NCBI RefSeq assembly: GCF_041146345.1
Contig: NW_027191414.1
Span: 868,001 to 932,000, forward strand
Source of the DNA: Neodothiora populina
Taxonomy: Eukaryota
DNA length: 64,000 bases
Reading direction: 5' to 3'
Shown: one piece after another, positions 22,533 to 34,250 of the stretch
How positions within the stretch are numbered: the first letter of the stretch is position 1
Layout of the letters: each line of letters starts with the position of its first letter
Program-made: the position numbers and the translations under genes
Notes under the pieces: model-generated
What the model saw: the letters and a program-made list of their open reading frames with translations, nothing else
Databases searched by the model: none
Told to the model about the DNA's origin: nothing

Positions 22533-24235
22533 ATGGGCGACGTCTCCTCGACCAGGCTCTATCTGGGCAACCTCCCTCGCAACGGTATGCAAACAATCAT
22601 CCCTGTACCAGGACTGAAGGACTTCCATTGCGCCCGTCTCTGAAAGCTGTCTGCCATCTCTGTTTTTCTTCCTGGATCCATCCGACACAAAAGGACAGAG
22701 GCCGCTCGCTCTCTTCGAATTGCGCTGCATGGACTAGTTCTGGAGTGGCAGCCCGCTAATAGGATTCCTGTGATAGCCACCAAGGCCGACGTTGAGAACC
22801 ACTTTGCCAGCCATGGAACCGGTGAGATCACCGAGATCAAGCTCATGAACGGCTTTGGTTTCGTCGAGTACAAGGATGCCATGGACGCCCGCGACGTTGT
22901 CCCAGGTATGTCTGCAGCAGCATCTTCTGTCGCCATCGCACGACTAACACCATCTTCGCAGCTTTCCGTATGTGCCCAAAAATCATGAAAACCTCATCCT
23001 AAACAACGCGCTCCTCCATACATCAAACCACTGACCTTCCTCACTAGACGGCTCCGACTTCATGGGCGAGCGTCTTGTCGTCCAATTCGCCCGCGGGTCC
23101 AACCGTCCTCGCGACTTCGGCGGCCACGAGCCTCGTGCCCCTCCTCGTCCTCGTCGCACCGTACACCGCATGACAATCACTGGCCTTCCCTTCGAGACCA
23201 GCTGGCAGGTTAGCTTGACTCCTTCGCGCTTCCTCTGGATACTTTCCCTCCCTTTCTCTAGGACTTGATGTGCCGTTTCCTTGCGCGTTGCCATGGACTT
23301 TCGTTCGGTCATCACGGCTGTTCCTCTCTTTATCCACTGCTGCTGCCGCTGCCTGTCTGCCCGTTCCATGTCACGCTGTTGCCTGCTTTTCCCTCTGGCG
23401 ATGCTCTTGAAAACTCCCGGATCCGGACTTACATGTGCCAATTATAGGACCTCAAGGACTTCGCTCGTCAACCCGGACTTGATGTTGTCTACTCTGAAGT
23501 CGGCCGTGAGCGCGATGGCTCCGGCACCGGCAAAGGGCAAGTCAATCATCCTGGACATCGCAACGCGCCCTGATTTACTAACCTATGCATAGTTTTGTCG
23601 AGTACGAAACCGAGGCTGATCTAGCAGCCGCTGTCGAGAAGCTCGATGGTTCCGAGTTCAAGGGCGCAACTGTTGGATGTGTTTCCGATGTTGGTGTTCC
23701 CCCACTTTTGTAGTGATTGTCTTGCACTACGCTAACATCGAGATAGCCCCAATCCGAGATCCCACGCATGCCTCCTCCACGCGACCGCTACAGATCCCGT
23801 TCTCCTCCAGGCCGTCGCGGTGGATACGGTCCCCCACCCATGGATGACTACTACGATCGTCGCGGTCCCCCTCGTGGTTACAGCCCTAGACGCGATGACC
23901 ACTACAGAAGAAGATCGCCCCCACCTCCTCGCGATTACTACGACCGTCGTGGCGATGGTTATGGCCGCTCTCCACCTCCCCGCGCTCGTGGCCCCCCTCT
24001 GGATGACTACCCTCCTCCCCGCCGCCCTTACCCCACCGATGATGCCTACGGTGCCCCACCTGCACCTCGCCGTGGTGGCGGCGGTAGCGGAGCTGGCTAC
24101 GACGCAGACCCGTACGCCAACGGCCATGGACGCGAGCCCCGTGAGCCCCGGGAGCCCTATGGCCGTCCCGCCAGTCCTCCTCCCAGACGTGACAGAGGTT
24201 ATGGCGGTGATTATGAGCGTAGACCCTACTGGTGA
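22533..24235 (+). CDS. SR-family splicing factor, two RRMs (SRSF4/5/6- / Srp2-like); exons 22533-22584, 22777-22905, 22962-22967, 23048-23208, 23448-23536, 23593-23689, 23747-24235
   Basis: RNP2 LYLGNL, RNP1 GFGFVEY, pseudo-RRM SWQDLKD and an RS/RP/Y-rich tail. All seven exons join in frame. Confidence 0.92.
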
Positions 24236-25027
24236 TTATGCTCCTCTCTTATGATTCCTTACATTTTCTGCGTTCTTGTCGATTCCCTCCCCTCGAGTGC
24301 AAGACTTACTCGTGTGTTTCAAAGATCCACGACAAAAACGATGCACAACACCTGCAGAACCTAGCAAAAAACGAAACGCCGATTGATCGCGAGGTAAACT
24401 TTTGTGGTTGTGAATCGTGTGGGTACGAGCTTTCTATCTTTTCTTCTTTTCTCTCTTCATTTTTGGGAGACGGGTTTGTCGCAGAGCATAAGGGCACGTG
24501 GTGGTGGTCAGACCCAATCGTGCGCAAAAACAACAACAAAAAGCTACGAAAACTTTGGGTCAAGTGGTCATTTTTTTTATTTTCGGGGGGGGGAGGTTCA
24601 AAACGTCACACACATGCTGTTGTATCATTACGAGGACCCGATATAACAACAAGAGGGGTGATATGTGACGAAAGGAAATAGCAACGTTAATGTGAATCAA
24701 GTTGTGCTTTGTGTGTATCTGTGTGCGTGCAGAGAGTGAGTCTTCCATGTGTGAGCATGAATAAGCGTAGCAAGTGACGTGCGGATATATGAGAGCGACG
24801 TGGAAGATCACAATGCCAGCTATTTTGATCAAGTAGTATACAATTGGATTTCCTTCTCATGTCTATGCCCATGGCGCTACATATACATCTGTGTCCATGA
24901 ACATGGCACCTCTTTCTCCCCATTCGACCAGGACATGGACAAATGGCCCTCTGAATACAAATACACCTCACATATGCCTCACTCTGTAGGCCAACCAACC
25001 TGGCTGATTTCCTCAAGAGTCAACCCC

Positions 25028-25672
25028 CTAAGCATCCTGCTTCTCTAAAGGCAGCACGCGCACATGCTTCCTGACAGCAGGCACGTCGCCAGCGCCCTTG
25101 ATCCTGATCTCAACCTCGTACTCTCCCAAATGCTTGACCTTGTTGACCTCCGTCTCATCTGCGCCTGCACCTGCACCTCCTCCTGCAGCAGGATTGTTGT
25201 TGTTCGAGCCAGCAGCAGCAGCGGTGGTGCTGCTGTGATGCACAAAGCGCACCTCGTCGTCGCTGAATGTTATCTTGGATGCTTCGTCGTTTTGCGCCAG
25301 GGTGGATTTTATCGTGTTGGCGATGTCGGATGTGGAGACGGAGCCGTAGATTGGGGCGCCTGTTGCCGTTGAGGAAGAGGAGTTGGGTTTGGAAGGCGCT
25401 GGTGCCGAGGCGGCTTGTTGGCGCGCGGCGAGCAGGTCTGCTGCTGCGCTTGAGATGGAGCGGTTGGTGTAGCTGTTGCTTCGTTTTGTGGGTTGTTGTT
25501 GTTGGTCGGAGGTCTGGGATTGGGGTGTTGCGGGTGTGCTGGGTGCAGGCGCGGCTTCAATTGGCTGGCGGTAGAAGTCTAGTCTCGAGGGCACGAGGAT
25601 GGTGATGAGTTCGGTCGAGCGTGTGGGCTGCGGCAGGGGCAGGTCAGTCTCGGTCTGAGCAGAAAGAAAGAA

Positions 25673-25744
<72 letters not shown>

Positions 25745-26311
25745 ACGAAAGAGAAAAACCCACGGTGACTCGGTTCGTCTCAATGGTCCTAGCAGCCGCT
25801 CTGGAGGCCCTCAGCTGCGCCGAAACCTGAGCGTTGGCATCGGCGGCGGCACTGCTGCTGGCCTTCGCTGCCGCGACCTTTGCGGCGCCAAAGTCAAAGT
25901 CTCGCTCGGCGGAGATGTTCTTCGCCTTGAGCTCTTTCAGCTGCGAGTCGGTCACGTATTCGGCCACTCGTTGCGGGAACCAGGCGTTGCGCATCTGTCC
26001 CACCGAGATGGGCACGTAGGAGCCTGTGTTCATGTTGATTGTCAGCCCTCTGTTTCTTTCTCTCTTCCCTCTTTCTGTCTCGATGATTGAGTCAATGGAC
26101 TGTAAGAATGGCGTTACTTACCCTTGCGTCCGAAACTGTCGACATCCTTCAGCAGTCGCACCGTCACCGTACTGCCCGTGTTGACCATCTTTTTCTTGCC
26201 GCGGATCTGTTGCTGGCTGGTCGGTCGCCATTCTGAAAGCCCGAGCTTGGTGAAGCGTCTGGCGCACGAAGAGCACTGAGGGATTATCGAGGGTCTTAGC
26301 GAGGCGGACAT
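25028..26311 (-). CDS. Mitochondrial ribosomal protein bL9m (L9 family); exons 26311-26122, 26023-25764, 25627-25028
   Basis: L9 N-domain VRLLKDVDSFGRKGSYVPISVGQMRN and C-domain IYGSVS...VKHLGEYEVEI. Presequence ends in QQQIRG. Confidence 0.88.
25662..25745. repeat. (GAAA)n microsatellite (~20 units) inside bL9m intron 2
   Basis: Tandem tetramer visible in sequence. Confidence 0.95.
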
Positions 26312-26512
26312 TGTTGTGTTCTTGGGTGGAGTTGGATCTTTGGCTGTACTGTATAGAGAGGACCTCGAATAATTATGTTCGTCTCCGCCGCCCCGGAAGG
26401 GACTAAGGTACAAGTACAAGTATGCTCCCGATTCTGCCAAGAACACGTCCTGTCGATTACCCGCTCTCGTCCACCTGGATGCTCGCCTACCTTACTTCAC
26501 CTTACCAATTAT

Positions 26513-26568
26513 TGAACAATGAACAATGAGCAATGAACAATGAACAATGAACAATGAACAATGAACGA
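26513..26568. repeat. (TGAACAA)x8 heptamer array
   Basis: Eight units, two with a single mismatch. Confidence 0.92.
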
Positions 26569-26918
26569 TTGTATGACTAGCATAGATTGCGCCACACAAT
26601 ACAAAAAGGCGGGAGAAATGGATCCATGCACTGAAGTTTGTCACATTTCAGCTGCAAAGTCTGCGTATCATGGCCCGATACCTCCAATTCTTTGCAACCT
26701 CCTTTATCATGTCAAACCATGGCGAGAATGACGTTTAGCAGACTAAGATCCTGTATATCCCTGTCTTCGAAGTTCTTCCTGCCTCTGGACGCTTTTCCTC
26801 AGCAGTACACGCGTTTAAAGGCTGTTAGACTGCATGCTCATGTGTTGACATCGCAGTCGGCGGTGCTGTTGGATGAGTATGCTCAGGCCACGCCTGCGCC
26901 TTTGTGGCAGAAGCATGC

Positions 26919-27695
26919 TCAACTGGGGCATGAGGGTGATGTGCCGTTCGAGCCTCTCTTCCTGTCTGCTCTGAAGATTCCGTATCGGTAGCGTCGTGTC
27001 CGGGTTTCGTTGACAAAGTCTCGTTCCGCGAGCATGCGGTATCCTTGTTGACCACCCGACTCGGCCTCGGATTCCTTCTTCTCATTCACTTCATCGTGCC
27101 CTAGATCCCGAGCTACGACCTCTAGCGGTTCGTCAGAATCCAGGTCGTACCCGGAACCATCAGCCAAGTCCCTGACGGTCAACATGCGGTATGGGCTTTC
27201 GTTCGTGATTGGGTCTTCTCCAATGTAGTCCGGGGAGATCTCGTCTAGCTCTTCTGCCACTTCGGAAAAGTATGCGTCACTCGGAGATTTGGCATCGAGG
27301 ACGCTGTCGTAAGCAGCTTCTCCTCCATCTGCTGCTCTTTTCTCATACAACTGTCGACTAGGATCATTGTTCTCATGAATGTGATAGCCAGCATGTTTCT
27401 CATGGAAATAATCATGCATTCTCCTGGCCAGAATCGGTAGATCCTGATCGGGAACATGCGTTGGCTCATAGCTGCGATGGAAAGTATCCGAAATAGCAGA
27501 ATCAACTTCGTCGGAGCGCGCCACGATGCCCGGATTTGTCTCCACAGCCAAGTACTCCGACTCGCCCTCGGACAGATACTTGTTCCCTGGAGGTTTAGGT
27601 ACGGGCTCTAGTCCTGAGATCCCAGACAGATCGAAGGCGTGAGCGCCGAGTGCACATGTCGACGCGCAAACAGTGACGAAGTATAAAATATGCAT
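26919..27695 (-). CDS. Putative secreted acidic precursor protein with repeated R-D/dibasic sites; 3' end uncertain
   Basis: Signal-peptide-like N-terminus MHILYFVTVCASTCALGAHA from ATG 27695. Recurrent xxxRD, KR and RR sites. Confidence 0.6.
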   Translation of the reverse strand: MHILYFVTVCASTCALGAHAFDLSGISGLEPVPKPPGNKYLSEGESEYLAVETNPGIVARSDEVDSAISDTFHRSYEPTHVPDQDLPILARRMHDYFHEKHAGYHIHENNDPSRQLYEKRAADGGEAAYDSVLDAKSPSDAYFSEVAEELDEISPDYIGEDPITNESPYRMLTVRDLADGSGYDLDSDEPLEVVARDLGHDEVNEKKESEAESGGQQGYRMLAERDFVNETRTRRYRYGIFRADRKRGSNGTSPSCPS

Positions 27696-28282
27696 TTCTT
27701 CTTTGACCTTGGTTCCGAGGACCGAATATTTGCTCCTTGACGCGACAATGGAAAGTGGGCGAGGGATCAATGCTGGATGTACACTATGATTGAGGACAGG
27801 AGAGAGACATGGCAATTGGCTTGATATATCACCTACTCGTGGTCCGTTTGCAGCCAGCGTGTTTCTTTGTCTCAACAGTAGGTGTTGCAGTGAAACTGTC
27901 GCATCCGGCAGGCCATCAAAGGGCCAATCCCCTGAACCATTTTGACAGTCACTATGGACGTCTCACACTTGTAGGCTCTTATGATAGAAGTTATTTTGTG
28001 TCAATGGAGTCCGTGAGGGATCTCAGCAATGAGCTCATCGACCATGCGCGAGGAATGCAAAGTGCATCGAGGATAGACATGCTGCGGATTCCGTGCGACG
28101 ACGTAACGAAGAGTATCATTTCCAATGAACGCATGCGACTCTACCTGCCTATAGCGAATATTCATGTGATAATATCCTTCGAAGCTGTCATGCAGGTGTT
28201 GCAATCGAGTATCACAAGATCCTCGTAAGACAAGGATTCAATGACCCTGTTGCGTACTCATTCCTGTCCGATTCTCACCTGT

Positions 28283-28943
28283 CTAGGCGGCTTCTTTGGC
28301 CACCTCGCTGCCCACAGGCACTAGCTTACCGACAACAAGATACTTCTCATTAAAGCGTTCCTCCCATCCCCTCAAGGCCTCCATCTCTTCCGGACCCAAA
28401 TCCGAAAGAGTATCGAGCGGGCCCTCAAGATCCTTGGTGAGCATGTCTTCATCGAAACTTCCGCAGGCTAAACCCCTGGTCGCGTCTCGGCCGGCGAAGT
28501 TCTCGTAGGGTCCACCAGGACCATAGAAGTTGCGTCCAGGTGACACGTCAAAGACACGGCCGCGGACGGCGAGATAGACGGGCGCGTCATTCTTGCCATT
28601 GAATGGAAACAAGGTCGGCGGAGTGAATACTCTGAAGACGGTCGGCGCAGGGGGAGCCGGTAGCGAGGGTGCTGTCTTAGGCTTGAGGCGGAAGTATGCG
28701 AGGACTACGAAGAGAGCGAGTAATATGAGGTTGATCGGTGTGGCTACGGAAGCACTGGGGGGAAGAGGTCAGTAAAGTGGTCGCGAAATTGCCCCAGCCA
28801 TGTGTCGCTGGTCTGGGCGAGGAAGTCCATACGCTTGGGTAGGCGGCACGGGAGTAGTGGCTGCGAGTGGGAGGGCTGTGTCAGTCGGTCATGTTTGCGT
28901 CTGTGAGGTTCTTGGGTGAAACTATCGACTTACTTTCCTCCAT
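28283..28943 (-). CDS. DAP1: Membrane-associated progesterone receptor / cytochrome b5-like heme-steroid binding protein (3 exons; coding exon 1 only 10 nt)
   Basis: VYLAVRGRVFDVSPGRNFYGPGGPYENFAGRDATRGLA motif and an N-terminal TM segment. Two GT-AG introns restore frame to ATG 28943. Confidence 0.92.
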
Positions 28944-30786
28944 GGTTGTGGTTATATGAAGTTAACTTTGCTGTTCCTATGTGTCGGGTTCAGAGACCAA
29001 GGCTTTTGCTATGTTTGTAATCCTGTGACAACAGATAGCGGCTAGAGCTAGCTGATGTGCAGAGAATTCGAGCTGCTTCCTGTTAGGTGTTCACTGGACG
29101 TATAGAGACAGATGTTTATTAATATGTGCCTTTGTTCTAAATATGTGTTGCGTAAGTGAGCCCATTCCGCCATTTCGTGGGGCATAAGCCGGCTGACCTC
29201 GGTTCTGCAACTGAGTGGTCATCTTTAACTAATTATCAAGTTCCGCGCGCCGATTACACACTCCACTCGTTCACTGCTCGTTGGGGTGTTTGACACATGG
29301 TTGCACCATACTCGTCGTGATACAATGCACTGACGCAAACCGTGTATATACTTCTGCATTCGTAATCTCGTCGGCTCTTCTGACGGTCATGCCATGCGAT
29401 GATCTGTCTGCGTAAGGTAGGTATTTCAAATAGTATATAGTGCCTTGGACAGCAGTGCTCGTTTTGCCCTTGTGTGTGCTGTATGCGGTACTTTTCCCTT
29501 ACACCATTGGATCTCCTTCCTGTATAATCTCGCGAAAGCAGCTCGCGAAAACTTCGCGCATCATCGCTCATTTGCTCGGCCATCCTTCATTACTTCTCGA
29601 CACCATCTTGGCCCACCTTGCCATGTCGTCGTGTCATTATTTCCTCATCATACGATACAGTACATAGATCAATGCACTCTCGGTTCGGCTCTCGCATCTG
29701 AGGTCCCGCCCCTACAGAGTTCATACCACTGCCTGTCCATGGAGGATCTATCCTGGACCTGGCGAACCAAGCACAGTACTGCATTTAGTTACGAGCACCA
29801 AGCTTCCGACTTACACATGTAAACAGCCAACATGAAACCGCGCTAATTGCTTCAGACCTTGACAGGTAGGGGTCCAGCCGTTTCTCTTTCCTCTCACGTC
29901 TCCGTGCCTCGAGAAAATCCTCCACAACCTGCGTGCAATTCGTGTCTGAGATCATCTTGAAGTGCAGATTGATCCACAAAGATCGATTGGACATGCTAAG
30001 GTAGTCGTGTCAGTATCGCGAGAGGTGGTTTTCGCTCCGCATAGCTTCTCGACGCTCGGACAATAGTCCACACTGGCAATCACAGAATGCAAAAATCCCT
30101 TGCTCCTTCCGGTTCAGAGAAAGGCGCGTGTCGTCAGGGCATCACCATTGCATGCCCTGGGCAGACGCGCGCGCTTGCTGCCCACTTGAGCCTCTGGAGA
30201 CCTCTCTTCATTCAAGAGTTCGGGGGGCAAATGTGGACTCTCAGTCCTGTAAAACCTCTCCCCTTCGACCGCCCCATTGACATTGACCCACGTACAACTA
30301 CCTTAATCTCGCCGCCATGCACTTTGGAAGCTTGGTCTTCATTGCTGCATGCACCTTTCCCCTATAGAGTAAACGTGAATCGACCAGCGCAATTTGACGA
30401 TTCCTTTGTGCTATTATTACGTCTGCATGTGAGCAGATCTCCAACCTCATAGCTCAGCAGTCACGCTAGAGTTCCACCGTAAGTCTGCTCTCCGGTTTCC
30501 CACGCTCGATCAACAAACACCGTGGCAGCTGTGGTGGCGAAGCCACTGTTTCTTTGTCCAACGTTACTGCTACACTGTGGGTTGTCCATACTCGATCGCG
30601 TGAACACCTGACCGACCATGCTTGCGTGTTTGCTGAAATCACATGTCCACTGAACACACTGATTGATATGATCACACTGAAGCCAACATCCTTTTCTCGC
30701 CACCATGCCTAATACCAAATAGGAAGTCTGGACTAATAGGAGCCTACATTGCTGACCCTCGACTCTATAGACTCTAATACCGCACG

Positions 30787-32587
30787 ATGGGCTACAATTC
30801 ACTAAACAACTCTTCAGTCTACACTGCACTGCCTGATCTCTATTCGTAAGTGCTATAACATCAATGTAGTCAGAACTTACCTAATTAGTGGTAGTCGACC
30901 TTCGACACGGTCCAAAGATTCCACGTATAGCCAAGACTCATCGGTCCCTACGTTGGTTTCAGTGTCATCGCATGAGTCAGGCGACTCTGGCTACAGTGGC
31001 CGTCTGAATGTTCCCTTCTATGCAAAATGCGGCAGTGCCGGTCACCGTTCGGCAGCAAGCTCCACTTATGATGTGAGTATCAGTGAGTCCGAGGGTGGCC
31101 AAAAGGAAAACATCCGCCCTACCTCTCGATCTCGTTCCAAGGAGAACCAATCCGTAGAGGAAAAAAAGACGTCCAATTGTCCTATCGAGAACGCCATCCC
31201 AATACTGCGACGGGCGTGCTCGACACTGAAAACGACTCCTGTCCAGCCCGAGAAGGCACAACCAAAGCCTGACGTGTATCAAGACACGTTCGGAACATCG
31301 GCCTGCGGACAGCAATTCGGCGTCCAGGTGTCTATCGTGGGTGGTCCTGAGAAGCCAAAGAAGTCAACCCTCGCCGAGAGAGCAGCCAAGTTTGGGAAAG
31401 TGGCTTTTCCTGATATGAAGTGGAAGGGACCGAGCAATTCTCGAGCTCGGGCAGCTTCAGAAAAGCAAGAGTCTAAGACACCTAGCTTGTACACCGCTGT
31501 GAAATCGACGAAAGACATGTCGCAGGCTGGACCGCGCAGCTATGCGTCAAGTACCGAGACACTGAGCCGCTTTGGTGTAGTAGAGCACTTGAAGTACGGA
31601 GCACATATTCCAGTGATGCCAGGATCCTCGACTTCTGTCAATACAATAGCGCCCACTGCGCCACTCAACATCACGAAACCCAAGACACCAACGCTTGTAG
31701 AAAGGGATAGGAGCGTGTCATTGCCGACACGAACCCCAGTTACAGAAAGAGCAGACGAGGCTCGGCCAATCGAGACACCCCCAATCGAGAAAAGCAGTGA
31801 TACTTTCAAATCTGTCCTCGACGTAGAGATTCCTGCGCCTCATTTTGAGCAATTCGAATGCCGGAAATCAACAGATAGTGCAGACTCTGATAGAACTCTT
31901 GAAGGCAACGCGGCCCAGGAGCCTCAAGAAACCCAGGAATCCCAGGAACGCAGGAGTCATTTTAGCTGGTCCACTTACGCGGAATCGGACACGGATTCCG
32001 AAGACCAAAGGAGTACTTTTCGAATGTATCCAGAAAAGCCACAGTATCCCGAGGAGGAAGCAGTGAGCCGATTCAGCTGGACTACTGTGAATACAGACTC
32101 GACCTACCAGCAAGAGGGATCATCATGCAGTGCATCGCCGCAGTCGGAAGGGCCCCCGACACCGATCATGACGCGACGCAGACCTCTACCGTCCAAGGCA
32201 TCCATGTACAGTCTGCGCGATCGAGAACCTCAGGCCTCTTCGCCAGTATCTGCCACGGACAAGGCCTTGCCGATGCCGCCTACCCTGTCTCAGGAGTTGT
32301 CACGTCTGGATGCCTTGCAGGCAAAATATGACGACCTGGAAATCAGACAGATCAACATACACAGAATCATTCTTGAGCTCGAGAAATTGGAAAAAGCGAG
32401 TCCTCTCGAAGTCACGGAGAAGATGAGAAGGGAGAACCGGAAGAAACTGGAAGGAGTCAGGCAGACGTTGGACGAGGTACAACGTGAGAAACACGAGCTC
32501 GGAACGGCACTTTCACGAGCCAGAGGTAGAGCCCAGAGAGAGAAGGGAGAAGACAGCGCACTTTGGCTGCGAAGAGTGACAGAATAG
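30787..32587 (+). CDS. Ser/Thr-rich hypothetical protein with C-terminal coiled coil; exons 30787-30845, 30895-32587
   Basis: Long ORF with repeated SxFSW motifs and a heptad-rich C-terminus. An intron (gtaagt..ctaat..tag) joins the upstream ATG in frame. Start uncertain. Confidence 0.75.
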
Positions 32588-32990
32588 TGTCAGATCACAG
32601 GATGATCAACGGGTGGATGCTTTGCATCTTATTGTGTAAGACAGGTAGGCCGATAGCTGGCGAGGTCATTCTTTGGCATGTTTTTCTTGTCTTCTTGCGA
32701 GATGCAGCAAGGTGTTCGGAAAGGCGACGGGCAAGGGAATAATGGGGAGTCTGGAATTGCCGGGATACTGCACAGTGTGCAGCACGGTTTTTACTTGACC
32801 AAAAAATAACAGTTTTTGACGGAATAATCATTGCTCGTAAAATTTGAGGGTATGTAACGAGCATCCAAACGCCGATCCTACTCCATGCGGGTGGTCGTGG
32901 GTGGACGAGGCCATGCTACGACCAGTTCGTGTGTCTAGACTGCTCTGCCGAGCATCGATGTCATGGTGGTGATGGAAGCGAGCGAGGCTT

Positions 32991-33371
32991 CTATTTCTTG
33001 CCGCTCTTCTTAATGCCCTGGCCTCCAGTGTTGAGCGGGCCCTTGCCACCAGCCTTCTTGGCCATTTCTTCGCGAGCCTTCTTGTCTGCAAAAAAAAAAA
33101 AAGAAAAAGAACAAGTCAGCCAGTGCCGTGGAAAAAGTCCGGGCTGATATGTATTCATCAAGCTTACCGGCAGCCTGCTTCAGCTTGAAAGCCTTGTCCT
33201 CATCGTCCTCCTCGGTCACCTTCTTCTTGGGCTTCTTGTTGTGGATGGGGTTGGTACCAGCTTTGGGCGAGCGAGCGAGAGTGTCAGCATATATTTGTGA
33301 CATGATTTGTTGCGATTTATCGATAGAGCATGTGTTGTTGCGCTCTACTCACCTCCTTGTCCGGAAGGCAT
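32991..33371 (-). CDS. TMA7: Translation machinery-associated protein 7; exons 33371-33353, 33260-33168, 33085-32991
   Basis: Spliced product ends KAGGKGPLNTGGQGIKKSGKK and contains EDDEDKAFKLKQ. Confidence 0.92.
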
Positions 33372-33573
33372 ATTGGCGACGGTGTTTAGAAGATGGCGAA
33401 AGTGAGTGAGATGGTGAGTGAACGTGTGATGTTGAAGAAGACGGGAAAAAGTATGGTCACAGGGTAAGGTAGTACTAGCAGTATATGGACCTAGACGAGT
33501 GTCAAACCGAGCCGATTATTATTGTCAGCCCCGCCGCCGCCGCCGCCTGAGCGAGGGTCCGCCCGCCGCTTCT

Positions 33574-33603
33574 CTGCTTCTGCTTCTGCTTCTGCTTCTG
33601 CTT
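33574..33603. repeat. (CTGCTT)x5 microsatellite
   Basis: Tandem hexamer visible in sequence. Confidence 0.9.
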
Positions 33604-34250
33604 CCACTTCCGAACAGGGTTAAGGATAATAACAAGGCAAGGGTCTGGATTTCTCTTCCATTGCCTCCACACGAAAAGACGGAGCACAGTTTGTCTGATT
33701 TGCTCGTTTCTGCACCTCTGTCTCACATGCTTTTGCCCGCAGTGCCTAAAGTTACTAGTACAGCAGTAGTACAGTAGTAGTATTAAGTCGCATCACAAGC
33801 GAGCAACAGCAGCAGCGGCGGCAGCATCTCATCAATCTTAAGGTAACTCAGAGAGCCTCCTCCGACTTTCCCTGGCAATTCGTCATTGTCGATAATATTC
33901 ACTGAGAGTGGGACACAAGACAAGAAGATCTTCACCTTTCCACTCTTTCTCATCGAGTAACAGTCCGACCATTCTTTTCGCGTTCGACATCGGAATAGAT
34001 TTGTCTGATCATGCTGAGCTACTGATTGAACAACGGCGTCTCTTTTATCATCAATCACCTCATCGTCGTCGGCATCTTCATGATCGTCATTGAGTGCATC
34101 GCGCGAAGTGAATGACCGTCGCCTGCGTTCCTTTGACCTACCGCGTGCGCTTGAGTATATCTGAATGCGCGCAGTCTAGACTCTAGACTGTTGCCTGTCG
34201 ACATTGGAAAAGACTGCTAAACCCACTACACGGGAAAGTCCTCCCTCAAC

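Noticed and set aside
22027..26568. Tandem repeats as a CRISPR-like array
   Set aside because: No unique spacers and no cas genes. These are eukaryotic simple repeats.
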